The position numbers and the translations under genes are program-made. The notes under the pieces were generated by a model. The model had not been told where the DNA came from. It was given only the letters and a program-made list of their open reading frames with translations, and made no database searches. Shown one piece after another: positions 16,591-24,000 of a stretch of 24,000 nt of DNA. Within the stretch, counting starts at the first letter, position 1; every line of letters starts with the position of its first letter. Location: assembly GCF_021497505.1 (NCBI RefSeq), contig NZ_CP069349.1, forward strand, positions 2,173,780-2,197,779. Direction: 5' to 3'. This DNA comes from Turicibacter sp. TJ11 (GTDB taxonomy: Bacteria > Bacillota_I > Bacilli_A > MOL361 > Turicibacteraceae).

Positions 16591-17623
16591 TCACATTTTT
16601 TCGCAGAGTCTTTGGATCACTTCCGAAGGTCTTTCATTGATATGTTGAATAAATCCTTGAACAGCGTTTCTAATCTCATTTATATTTTTATAAAAGACGT
16701 TATGAATCACAGATTGTTTTAACCATTTCCATAATCCTTCAATTAAGTTTAATTCTGGACTATATGGTGGTAAAAAGATTAACCTTAATCTATTTTTGTG
16801 TTCGTTTAAAAAAGGTTGGATGAGTTTAGCGTGATGAATTCTTGCGTTATCTAAAATCATGACAATCTTTCCCGTTGGATATTGTTTCAGTACTTTTTTG
16901 AGGAATTCTAAAAAGATATCTGCTGTATAACGTTCTTCCTCCTGGACATAAACATGACCTGTCTCATAGTTAAGGATTCCTATTAATTTGACACTTTTAT
17001 TATTTCCGTAAGTAGGAATAATCCGTTGTTTTCCTTTAGGAAACCAATTGTTGACTAATGATTGATAATCTCTGATAGAACTTTCATCTTGAAACAATAA
17101 ATGATCAATCTCTCCACGAATCAAAATTTTTTAATTGTTCAAATTCCTGTTTAAATCCCTCTTGTTTTTCTTGACTAGCTCTCGCTAATGAGTAAGTCGG
17201 GCGTGTGTAGCTAAAACCTAAGCGTAACAACATGTCACGCATTCCCCCTTTAGAGAATGAAATTCCAAAGGTTTGCTTCACCCAGATGCATAATAGCTTA
17301 CAATCCCAAGTCATGTACGGTTCAATCCCAACATCAGCGGGCGTTTTATGGATGAGAGTATGGATTAACTCAGCTTCTTGCTCAGGTGAAAGTTTCTTCG
17401 GGCAGCCTGATTTTGGGCGTGGGTTTAATCCCTCAAGTCCATATTTTTTATAATTTCTAACATGTGTTCCGATGGTCTGAGCAGTAAAGGGAACTATCCT
17501 AGCGATTTCTACATTTTTATATCCTTGTAAGTGTAAATAGATGACTTGATAACGAGTATAAAGTTGTTTCGATGATGTTTCACGCATCGCTGTTTCAATT
17601 AATTTTAATTCTGTCTGATTCAT
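16591..17623 (-). pseudogene. IS630-family DDE transposase split into two frames at an A6T4 tract
   Basis: orfA (17105-17623) holds HTH domains. orfB (16591-17124) holds the DDE domain (QDESS, ILDNARIHHA, PPYSPELNLIE). The two overlap by 20 nt. orfB lies in the +1 frame relative to orfA at the minus-strand sequence TTAAAAAATTTTG. Confidence 0.85.
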
Positions 17624-17644
17624 AGTTGCCCCAATTTCTATCCT

Positions 17645-17684
17645 AAAATGTATGTTTAATATCTACTATTTTAACATACATTTT
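17645..17684 (-). other. 12-bp perfect inverted repeat in the IS630 transposase leader
   Basis: AAAATGTATGTT-N16-AACATACATTTT, located between the right IR and the transposase ATG. Confidence 0.5.
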
Positions 17685-18055
17685 AACGAATTTTGACCAC
17701 AAGTATTTGAATTAAAAAACTATGAAATACATTTCTGTTTCTATATAATGATAATTTTTAAGAAATCATCGGAAGATATAAGTTTGAGAGGAATGAGTCT
17801 AGAAAAAATGACGATGACTTAATAATTAAAAAGATTAGTCTGTTTAAACAGCCTCAAAGAAACAATCCTATTTGCTTATCAAAAAGAGGAGATTGATGAG
17901 ATATTTTATCGGCTTAAGTAGAAGAACTCGGTAAAAACACTTTATAGGAAATTAATTCGTGGTAATCTCACAATATATCCTATGTATTTTTAAAGGGCTA
18001 ATTAGTATAATTAGCTTTATGTGAAAGCGTTTAACTGAGGTAGGGGGAAATCTAA

Positions 18056-20287
18056 GTGGAGGAAATTGTATCAAGAGAACAATTAATTGATTACTTCATA
18101 GAATCATGTGATCTTTTACAAAATTATAAAAGCATTAAACAAGTATTATATGAGGAGCTTGAAAAAGAAGAATCAAATGTTGAAGAACTTTTAACGGATT
18201 ATCGTGAAAATCAGAAGTTTGACTATTTAGTACCTGTATTAATTTTAACGGCTCGCTATTATTTCGAACATGAATTTTATAGTTTAGCTGCGATTTATTT
18301 AGTGGAATGTCATTGTGCCTTAGAGTACTTAGATGAGAATCATTTATTAAAAGGCTATGTTTTAGGGGAATTAGGTTATGTTTATGAATGCATGGGAGAG
18401 TTGCAACAAGCCAATCATTACTATACAACAGCACTTTCTTTTAGTCGAGAGAAGCAAATTCCTTTACTGGCCATCTATAGCTTAGATCATTTAGTTCATA
18501 TGATGTTAATTTTATGTCAGCGAAAAGGTTTTAAGAAAATTAAACAATTTGTTATGGACTATCGGTATGAATCAACCTTTAATCAGTGTAAAGGTAAAAT
18601 TGATTTATTGAATGCTTATATTATAGGAGACTATAAATCTGTCATTAAGTTATGCGAAGAATCTGTTGATTTTAAAAATAAAGAAGATAAACTAGCCATG
18701 TATAATCACTCAATGTATCAATTAGGGAAAGCTAAAGAAATTAAATGGAATTTGAATTTAGACGAGTCGAATTTACACGATCAAACCGGCATCTATTCGT
18801 TAATTAATCTTTTAACCTACCACTTAATTGAAGATAATGACGAGCAATTATCTAGCTATCTTAAGGAACTCTTTCAGTCGTTAGCTGAGAAAAATCTTCA
18901 TCATTTGATGAGATTTGGTTATCATTTTTTATGTCAGGACATACGAATTCGTTCAAGTTTAGAATGGGCGAGTGATTTTGAAGAATTATTAAGTCAAACC
19001 TATGATTTAATACACTCTCAAGAACAACATTTAAAGCAACGAACTGAAAGTATTTATCACAGTTACCGAGAGTATTATCAACGTTTAAATAAACTAAAAG
19101 CTCAACAAAAATATAAATTAGTTCACTTTAATCAATTGTCGGATTATTACCAACAGGAGTATACTCCAAAAACAGTGTTAAGCTACTTAAAGTTAGATCA
19201 CTGTTTCTATGGTGAGTTTAATAATCAGATTTTAAATCAGGTCATTGAAACTATTAATGAATGGATGGGAGAAAGCATTACTTTCTCAGTTGAAAACGAA
19301 GGAATTTGGTTTTACTTTAATGCTTGTCACAAAGAAGTAAAACTGAAACAAAAATTAAATCACTTAGTTGAACTATGGTATGAAAAGATTAAACAAACAT
19401 ATTATGTTTCTTTTTTATTGCCACGATATACGACTACTTCATTTGAAGAAACAGCGATGCGCGTTAAAAGTGATTTTTGCAGTCTAATCTTAAAGTCTAA
19501 TGTTCGTTTACCTTATGACGTGAGTTTTTGTCAGGAACTTTCTTGGAGCCATAATATTTCATTGAAAATTCGTCAATTACTAGATGCTACTTATCAAACT
19601 GGAGAGTTTAACTTGGCTTATACTCCTCTTTATTATCGAGAAGGAACACAGTTATTTGGCGTGGAGTGTCATCATCAACTAGATGACCATGTCATTTTGA
19701 ATCGTTTATCTTCAGAAGAACGAGCAGAAGCATCACATATTTTGACAATGGAAAAAGAGTTTTATCAATTTGAAGCTGGATGTCGATATGTTCATGAAAA
19801 AAATCAAAGCACCGATGAGCCTTTATCATTATTTATTAAACTGTCTCGAGAAACCGTGTTGAATAAGCTCTTACCTTCAAGAATTTTAAATTGTTTACAA
19901 AAGTATGAAATTCAACCGAATCAATTGATTATTAGTATAAATGAAGATGTTTTATTTGAACAAAATACACTCATTCAAAAGGGAATTAAACGATTGCGAG
20001 AATTAGAAATTAATATTGCCTTAGATGAGTATGGAGCAGGTGCTTTAACGGGATCTATTCGTAATTTAAATATTGATTATTTACGAATTAGCTCTTGTCT
20101 CATTCAATACTTAAAAAATTCAAATAATTGCCTTCATATGATGAAGTCTTTATTAAGTGTTTGCTCAAGTAAGGACGTAAAGATTTGTTGCTCAGAAATT
20201 GAAAATGAATCAAGTCTACATTTAATTAGTGATTTTGGAATTGATGTCGTAAGTGGCAGCTATTATCAAAGAAATTTAGTTGTTTAA
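18056..20287 (+). CDS. TPR-like N-terminal region fused to degenerate GGDEF-like and degenerate EAL-like domains
   Basis: GTG start with RBS TAGGGGGA. TPR-like repeat LGELGYVYECMGELQQANHYYTTALSF. GGDEF positions read LKLDHCFYGEFNN and SVENEGIWFYF. EAL positions read FGVECHHQL (expected EAL), SINED (ExTE), LDEYGAG (DDFGTG), LRIS (KxD), CSEIE (AEGVE) and SGSYY (QGY). Confidence 0.75.
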   Translation: MEEIVSREQLIDYFIESCDLLQNYKSIKQVLYEELEKEESNVEELLTDYRENQKFDYLVPVLILTARYYFEHEFYSLAAIYLVECHCALEYLDENHLLKGYVLGELGYVYECMGELQQANHYYTTALSFSREKQIPLLAIYSLDHLVHMMLILCQRKGFKKIKQFVMDYRYESTFNQCKGKIDLLNAYIIGDYKSVIKLCEESVDFKNKEDKLAMYNHSMYQLGKAKEIKWNLNLDESNLHDQTGIYSLINLLTYHLIEDNDEQLSSYLKELFQSLAEKNLHHLMRFGYHFLCQDIRIRSSLEWASDFEELLSQTYDLIHSQEQHLKQRTESIYHSYREYYQRLNKLKAQQKYKLVHFNQLSDYYQQEYTPKTVLSYLKLDHCFYGEFNNQILNQVIETINEWMGESITFSVENEGIWFYFNACHKEVKLKQKLNHLVELWYEKIKQTYYVSFLLPRYTTTSFEETAMRVKSDFCSLILKSNVRLPYDVSFCQELSWSHNISLKIRQLLDATYQTGEFNLAYTPLYYREGTQLFGVECHHQLDDHVILNRLSSEERAEASHILTMEKEFYQFEAGCRYVHEKNQSTDEPLSLFIKLSRETVLNKLLPSRILNCLQKYEIQPNQLIISINEDVLFEQNTLIQKGIKRLRELEINIALDEYGAGALTGSIRNLNIDYLRISSCLIQYLKNSNNCLHMMKSLLSVCSSKDVKICCSEIENESSLHLISDFGIDVVSGSYYQRNLVV

Positions 20288-20382
20288 TTAGATGAAATAG
20301 GTCATAATAGAGATTATAAGCAACTAGGCAGTTAGTTCATGCGTATACAATGATAATCTTTAGTTTGAAGAGGAGACATAAG

Positions 20383-20712
20383 ATGAAGCAAGATATGAAT
20401 ATGGATTTGGGGCTTGAGTCATTTTTAGAGCCTGACTCTGATTTTATAGAAGAACTATGTGATCACTTAGAAGCAGAAGGGATTCACTTAACGAATGAGT
20501 TATTAGTTCAGATTCTTTCAAAATATGAAGATCATAAATTTAATTTCTTTAAAGAGTTAATTGAGCAATTAGTCGGCCCAGATCAAATGGGCTTATCAAC
20601 TGACGGTAATCCAGCAGTGATTCAAGTGGTGATGGATGGAAAACGTCATAAAAAACAAAAAAATAAAGAGGAAGATCCATTAATTGATATGGATTCAACT
20701 CTGTTATCGTAA
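20383..20712 (+). CDS. hypothetical small acidic protein (109 aa) with a basic patch near the C-terminus
   Basis: RBS GAGGAG at 20370-20375, 7 nt before ATG 20383, which I prefer to the ORF-track start at 20350. No signal peptide. No terminator separates it from the upstream gene. Confidence 0.6.
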   Translation: MKQDMNMDLGLESFLEPDSDFIEELCDHLEAEGIHLTNELLVQILSKYEDHKFNFFKELIEQLVGPDQMGLSTDGNPAVIQVVMDGKRHKKQKNKEEDPLIDMDSTLLS

Positions 20713-20723
20713 GTTTAAATAGT

Positions 20724-20753
20724 AAAAGCGACTCATTAAAGAGTCGCTTTTTT
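20724..20753 (+). terminator. intrinsic terminator after the small acidic protein gene
   Basis: AAAAGCGACTC-ATTAAA-GAGTCGCTTTTTT. Confidence 0.8.
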
Positions 20754-20868
20754 GAATAAAAAGATTAAAAATTGATTTTATCTGTCTATTTTTTAGTTAT
20801 AATTTAGTCAGTAATATGGGAGTGAAATAACAAGACGAAACGTCTAATGTATGAAAGAGGTGAAATGA

Positions 20869-21390
20869 GTGAATTCAAACACCCATGAACCAATTGAGCA
20901 GGTAGTGGAAAGACTTATTGAAGACTACGGACAAGAAGTATATAGAATTGCTTATTTTTATATTAAAGACCGACAATTGGCTGAAGATGTATTTCAAGAA
21001 GTTTTTTATAAGGTGATGAAAAACTATCATAAATTTCAACATCAAAGTAGTGAAAAAACGTGGTTAACTCGAATTACGATTAATACGTGTAAAGATTTAT
21101 TAAGAACAAATTGGATAAAACGTGTCACGACATTTAGCACTTGGCAAGAGCCACAATCAGATTATGAAGCTCCTTTTGATATTGAAAAACAGGAAGAATA
21201 TCAAGAGTTGTATCAGATGATTCAGAAACTTCCAACGAAATATAAGGATGTCATCTTATTATTTTATTATAAAGAGCTATCCTATGAAGAAATCTCTCAA
21301 ATACTCGGCATTCCTGAAGGAACCGTTCGAAGCCGTTTAGCACGTGCGCGCACAAAATTAAAGAAAATGATAAGTGAAAGAGAGGTGTGA
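20869..21390 (+). CDS. ECF (sigma-70 group 4) RNA polymerase sigma factor
   Basis: Region 2 motifs EDVFQEVFYKV and WLTRITINTCKDLLR. Region 4 HTH motif LSYEEISQILGIPEGTVRSRLARARTKL. GTG start 6 nt after AAAGAGGTG. Confidence 0.9.
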   Translation: MNSNTHEPIEQVVERLIEDYGQEVYRIAYFYIKDRQLAEDVFQEVFYKVMKNYHKFQHQSSEKTWLTRITINTCKDLLRTNWIKRVTTFSTWQEPQSDYEAPFDIEKQEEYQELYQMIQKLPTKYKDVILLFYYKELSYEEISQILGIPEGTVRSRLARARTKLKKMISEREV

Positions 21391-21394
21391 TACG

Positions 21395-21949
21395 ATGGAT
21401 GATGGGCGTATTAAATCAGCAATAAAGTCACAACTCGATTCGATTGAACTCAATCAACAGTTGAAAGAAAAGACGATTCAATCAATCAAACAGCAGTCAA
21501 ATCAATCCCGCTTTCGAACAAACTATTTATTAGGTGGTGGTATCGGTTTAGTGATGACGTGTCTAGTTGCTATTGTTTTAATTAATCCATTCAAACCATT
21601 AGAGCAATCACCAAACCCGATTGCTATGCTAGAAGAAGAGTCTGCTGTACAACTTCGTGGTATCAAGACGCCTTTTGAGCAATTAAAGCAACTATTTAAT
21701 CAACTAAATCTAACTTATGAAATACAATCCATCCAAATAGAGTCAGATTATCAAGTGACTCCAATTGAAATGGAACAAGACAAAAGCTATTATGTTGAGT
21801 TATCCACAATGATGAATCCTGATGATTTTTGTGTCGATTCTTCTTACTTAGTGATTCAATTAGATGAAAAAAATTTCTTCTTTTATAAGGGATCAAATGA
21901 AGACGTCATAAAAACATTAACCCATACAGGCAAAATAATTTGTAAATAA
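21395..21949 (+). CDS. single-pass membrane protein, putative cognate anti-sigma factor
   Basis: It starts 5 nt after the sigma stop, with RBS AGAGAGGTG. One TM segment (YLLGGGIGLVMTCLVAIVLI). There is no HxxxCxxC zinc motif. The functional call rests on genomic context alone. Confidence 0.55.
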   Translation: MDDGRIKSAIKSQLDSIELNQQLKEKTIQSIKQQSNQSRFRTNYLLGGGIGLVMTCLVAIVLINPFKPLEQSPNPIAMLEEESAVQLRGIKTPFEQLKQLFNQLNLTYEIQSIQIESDYQVTPIEMEQDKSYYVELSTMMNPDDFCVDSSYLVIQLDEKNFFFYKGSNEDVIKTLTHTGKIICK

Positions 21950-21967
21950 AGTATCCACGAGTTTAGC

Positions 21968-21999
21968 AAAAAACCACTCAAGTTAGTTGAGTGGTTTTT
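21968..21999. terminator. bidirectional terminator overlapping the hflX stop codon
   Basis: AAAAAACCACTCAA-GTTAG-TTGAGTGGTTTTT. Confidence 0.75.
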
Positions 22000-23248
22000 C
22001 CTTATACTGATTAAATCGTTCAATATCGTGTTCTGAACACTCTGCCGTAATAAGTGTTCCGTTATCTAAATACTGAGTTTCTAAAATATTAGCATGTTCA
22101 TTTAAATAAGAAACAATATTTCCACGATCGTATGGAATTAAGAAAGTTACTTTTTGATAATTTTTGAAAAGATGTGATTTGATACAATCAATTAGTGTCT
22201 CAATATTCGTTAAGTTTTTCGCTGAAATACGAACAGCTTCTTTTGTACTCGGTGTGAACTCGTCATCTATTAAATCAGCTTTGTTGTAAACATAAACCAT
22301 TGACGTTTCTTTTACCCCTAGTTCCTCAAGAACTTTATTGGTAATCTCGATTTGAGTTTGAAACTCTGGATGGGATAAATCAACGACGTGAAGTAAAAGA
22401 TCAGCTTCTGTTACCTCTTCTAGTGTTGAACGGAATGCTTTGACTAACTGGTGAGGCAGTTTACTAACGAATCCAACCGTATCTGTTAATAAAAATTGTT
22501 TATTATCTGGTAGTTGAATGTGTCGAGTTGATGTTTCAAGTGTCGCGAACAGCATGTTTTTCTCGAAAACAGATTTTTCTGATTGAGCATTTGAAACAGT
22601 CAGTAAAGCATTCATTGTTGTTGACTTACCGGCATTCGTATAACCAACTAAAGCAACGACTGGCGTTGAGTTGCGTTTACGAAGTTTACGTTGATTTTGA
22701 CGGGCAAGAACGAGAGAGTCTAATTCTTTGTTTAGTTTATGAACTTGTTCTTCAATACGACGACGATCAAGTTCTAATTTCTTTTCCCCTGGCCCTTTCG
22801 ATCCGATTCCACCGGCTTGTCGCGATAAGGAAGCATTAAGTCCAATTAAACGAGGCATCATATATTTAAGTTGGGCCACTTCAACTTGAAGTTGTGCTTC
22901 ACGCGTTTTAGCACGGCTTGCGAAGATATCTAAAATTAAAATCGTACGATCGATGACTTTACATTGTAGTCCATGCTCAAGGTTACGAATTTGCGATGGG
23001 GATAATTCATCATTAAAGATGACAAGATTAGCATCATTTTGTTCAACAAGTAAAGCAACCTCGTCAACTTTTCCTGTTCCAATATAGCAAGCTGGGTTCA
23101 CACGTTCAAGTTTTTGCGTTAGAACGCCAACGACTTGAACGGAGCATGCTTCAGCTAGATTTTTTAATTCTTCCACGCTATAGTCGAAATTTTTATCATT
23201 ATTTAAATCGACTCCAACTAAGATGGCGCGTTGAATGATTTCTTCCAT
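21983..23248 (-). CDS. hflX: GTPase HflX
   Basis: The HflX N-terminal domain is followed by G1 GYTNAGKST, G3 DTVGF and G4 NKAD. The length of 421 aa is typical. Confidence 0.9.
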   Translation of the reverse strand: MEEIIQRAILVGVDLNNDKNFDYSVEELKNLAEACSVQVVGVLTQKLERVNPACYIGTGKVDEVALLVEQNDANLVIFNDELSPSQIRNLEHGLQCKVIDRTILILDIFASRAKTREAQLQVEVAQLKYMMPRLIGLNASLSRQAGGIGSKGPGEKKLELDRRRIEEQVHKLNKELDSLVLARQNQRKLRKRNSTPVVALVGYTNAGKSTTMNALLTVSNAQSEKSVFEKNMLFATLETSTRHIQLPDNKQFLLTDTVGFVSKLPHQLVKAFRSTLEEVTEADLLLHVVDLSHPEFQTQIEITNKVLEELGVKETSMVYVYNKADLIDDEFTPSTKEAVRISAKNLTNIETLIDCIKSHLFKNYQKVTFLIPYDRGNIVSYLNEHANILETQYLDNGTLITAECSEHDIERFNQYKEKPLN

Positions 23249-23480
23249 TTCATCACCTCAGGTCATATTTTCAAAAACTACTATAAGTTTACTAGAAAAA
23301 AGGTAAAATAGAAATATTATCGTAAATTTAAGTGAGTTTACTAGTCCTCATATAGTTTGATATCGCTCTATTATATTGTATGCGTCTGGATGAAAAAGAT
23401 TTATCTCTTGCTAGGATATCTGATTGAGTTATGTGATAATTAAAGATAGAAATTAATATAGTTTATAAGGAGGGCATTTT

Positions 23481-24000
23481 ATGGCGAAAGCAAGAACAAA
23501 AACATCATTTTTCTGTCAGCAATGTGGGACAGAAAGTTTAAAATGGGTCGGAAGATGTCCAGGTTGTGGCGAATGGAATACGATGGTGGAGGAATTAAAG
23601 CCCACAAAGGCAGAACAGCGCCGTGGCTTTGTAGCAAGTGAAAGTATGGCAAAACCTCAACGTCTACAAGAGATAGAAACAAAAGAGGAAGCACGTATTC
23701 AGACATCAATGAGTGAGCTTAACCGTGTTCTTGGTGGTGGAATTGTTCGTGGATCACTTGTTCTGTGTGGGGGTGAGCCTGGGATTGGGAAATCAACACT
23801 ACTTTTACAAACGGCACAAGATTTAGCGCATAAAAATGTTCAAGTATTATATGTTTCAGGAGAAGAATCTGCTCGTCAAATTAAACTTCGTGCTGAGCGT
23901 TTAGGAGTAAGTAGTGAGCACTTATATATTTACGCAGAAACAGATTTAACTTTAATTGAACGTCAAATTCAACAGTTAAAACCAGAGTTTGTCATTATCG
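23481..24000 (+). CDS. radA: DNA repair protein RadA/Sms (5' partial, runs off the window)
   Basis: My own translation is MAKARTKTSFFCQQCGTESLKWVGRCPGCGEWNT (zinc finger). It continues to Walker A GGEPGIGKSTLLLQ. RBS AAGGAGGG at 23467-23474. It is absent from the ORF track because there is no stop codon in the window. Confidence 0.9.
   Translation, partial: MAKARTKTSFFCQQCGTESLKWVGRCPGCGEWNTMVEELKPTKAEQRRGFVASESMAKPQRLQEIETKEEARIQTSMSELNRVLGGGIVRGSLVLCGGEPGIGKSTLLLQTAQDLAHKNVQVLYVSGEESARQIKLRAERLGVSSEHLYIYAETDLTLIERQIQQLKPEFVII

Larger units (their letters stand above)
16569..17747 (-). mobile_element. IS630-family insertion sequence (~1.18 kb) with imperfect 25-bp terminal inverted repeats and TA flanks
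   Basis: The left IR TATAGAAACAGATAAGTTTTTCACA (16571-16595) matches the reverse complement of 17721-17745 (TATAGAAACAGAAATGTATTTCATA) at 21/25. TA lies at 16569-16570 and 17746-17747. Confidence 0.85.

Noticed and set aside
17841-17852. The 12-bp perfect palindrome CTGTTTAAACAG, 95 nt outside the IS630 right end. It shares the CTGTTT/AAACAG cores of the IS inverted repeats.
   Set aside because: It could be an eroded IR-IR junction or a transposase half-site pair. However, it is short and AT-rich and has no flanking similarity to the IRs, so chance is the simpler explanation.

Overview
The window reads as a low-GC, Bacillota-like chromosomal segment with TAA-dominated stop codons and strong GGAGG-type ribosome-binding sites. 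Most of it is housekeeping: a thioredoxin-fold membrane protein, an OmpR/histidine-kinase pair, purB, rubrerythrin, glyA-folD, a TSCPD protein, lysS, a GH13 enzyme, hflX and the 5' part of radA. Four regions deserve attention. (1) 13247-14502 holds a translationally coupled pair: a 2H phosphoesterase (ThpR/LigT-like) followed by a protein with an RNxxxH (HEPN-type) N-terminal region fused to a CBS pair. I read this as a possible ligand-gated RNA-cleavage and end-processing module. (2) Immediately downstream, 14608-17747 is a nest of mobile DNA. It contains an IS630-derived MITE, an IS110-family element whose recombinase carries one in-frame TGA, and a full IS630-family IS whose transposase is split at an A6T4 tract. 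The IS110 element has two non-coding arms of about 240 bp. These arms contain hairpins and copies of junction motifs, so either could encode a bridge/seek guide RNA. (3) 18056-21949 encodes a TPR protein with degenerate GGDEF and EAL domains, a small acidic protein, and an ECF sigma factor with a membrane partner. (4) Two ORF-poor intergenic regions (5586-6663 and 9176-9524) carry promoter-to-terminator units and a 55-aa tail-anchored peptide that match no RNA family I recognise. I saw no CRISPR array, tRNA or rRNA. All domain calls come from reading motifs by eye; no searches were run.
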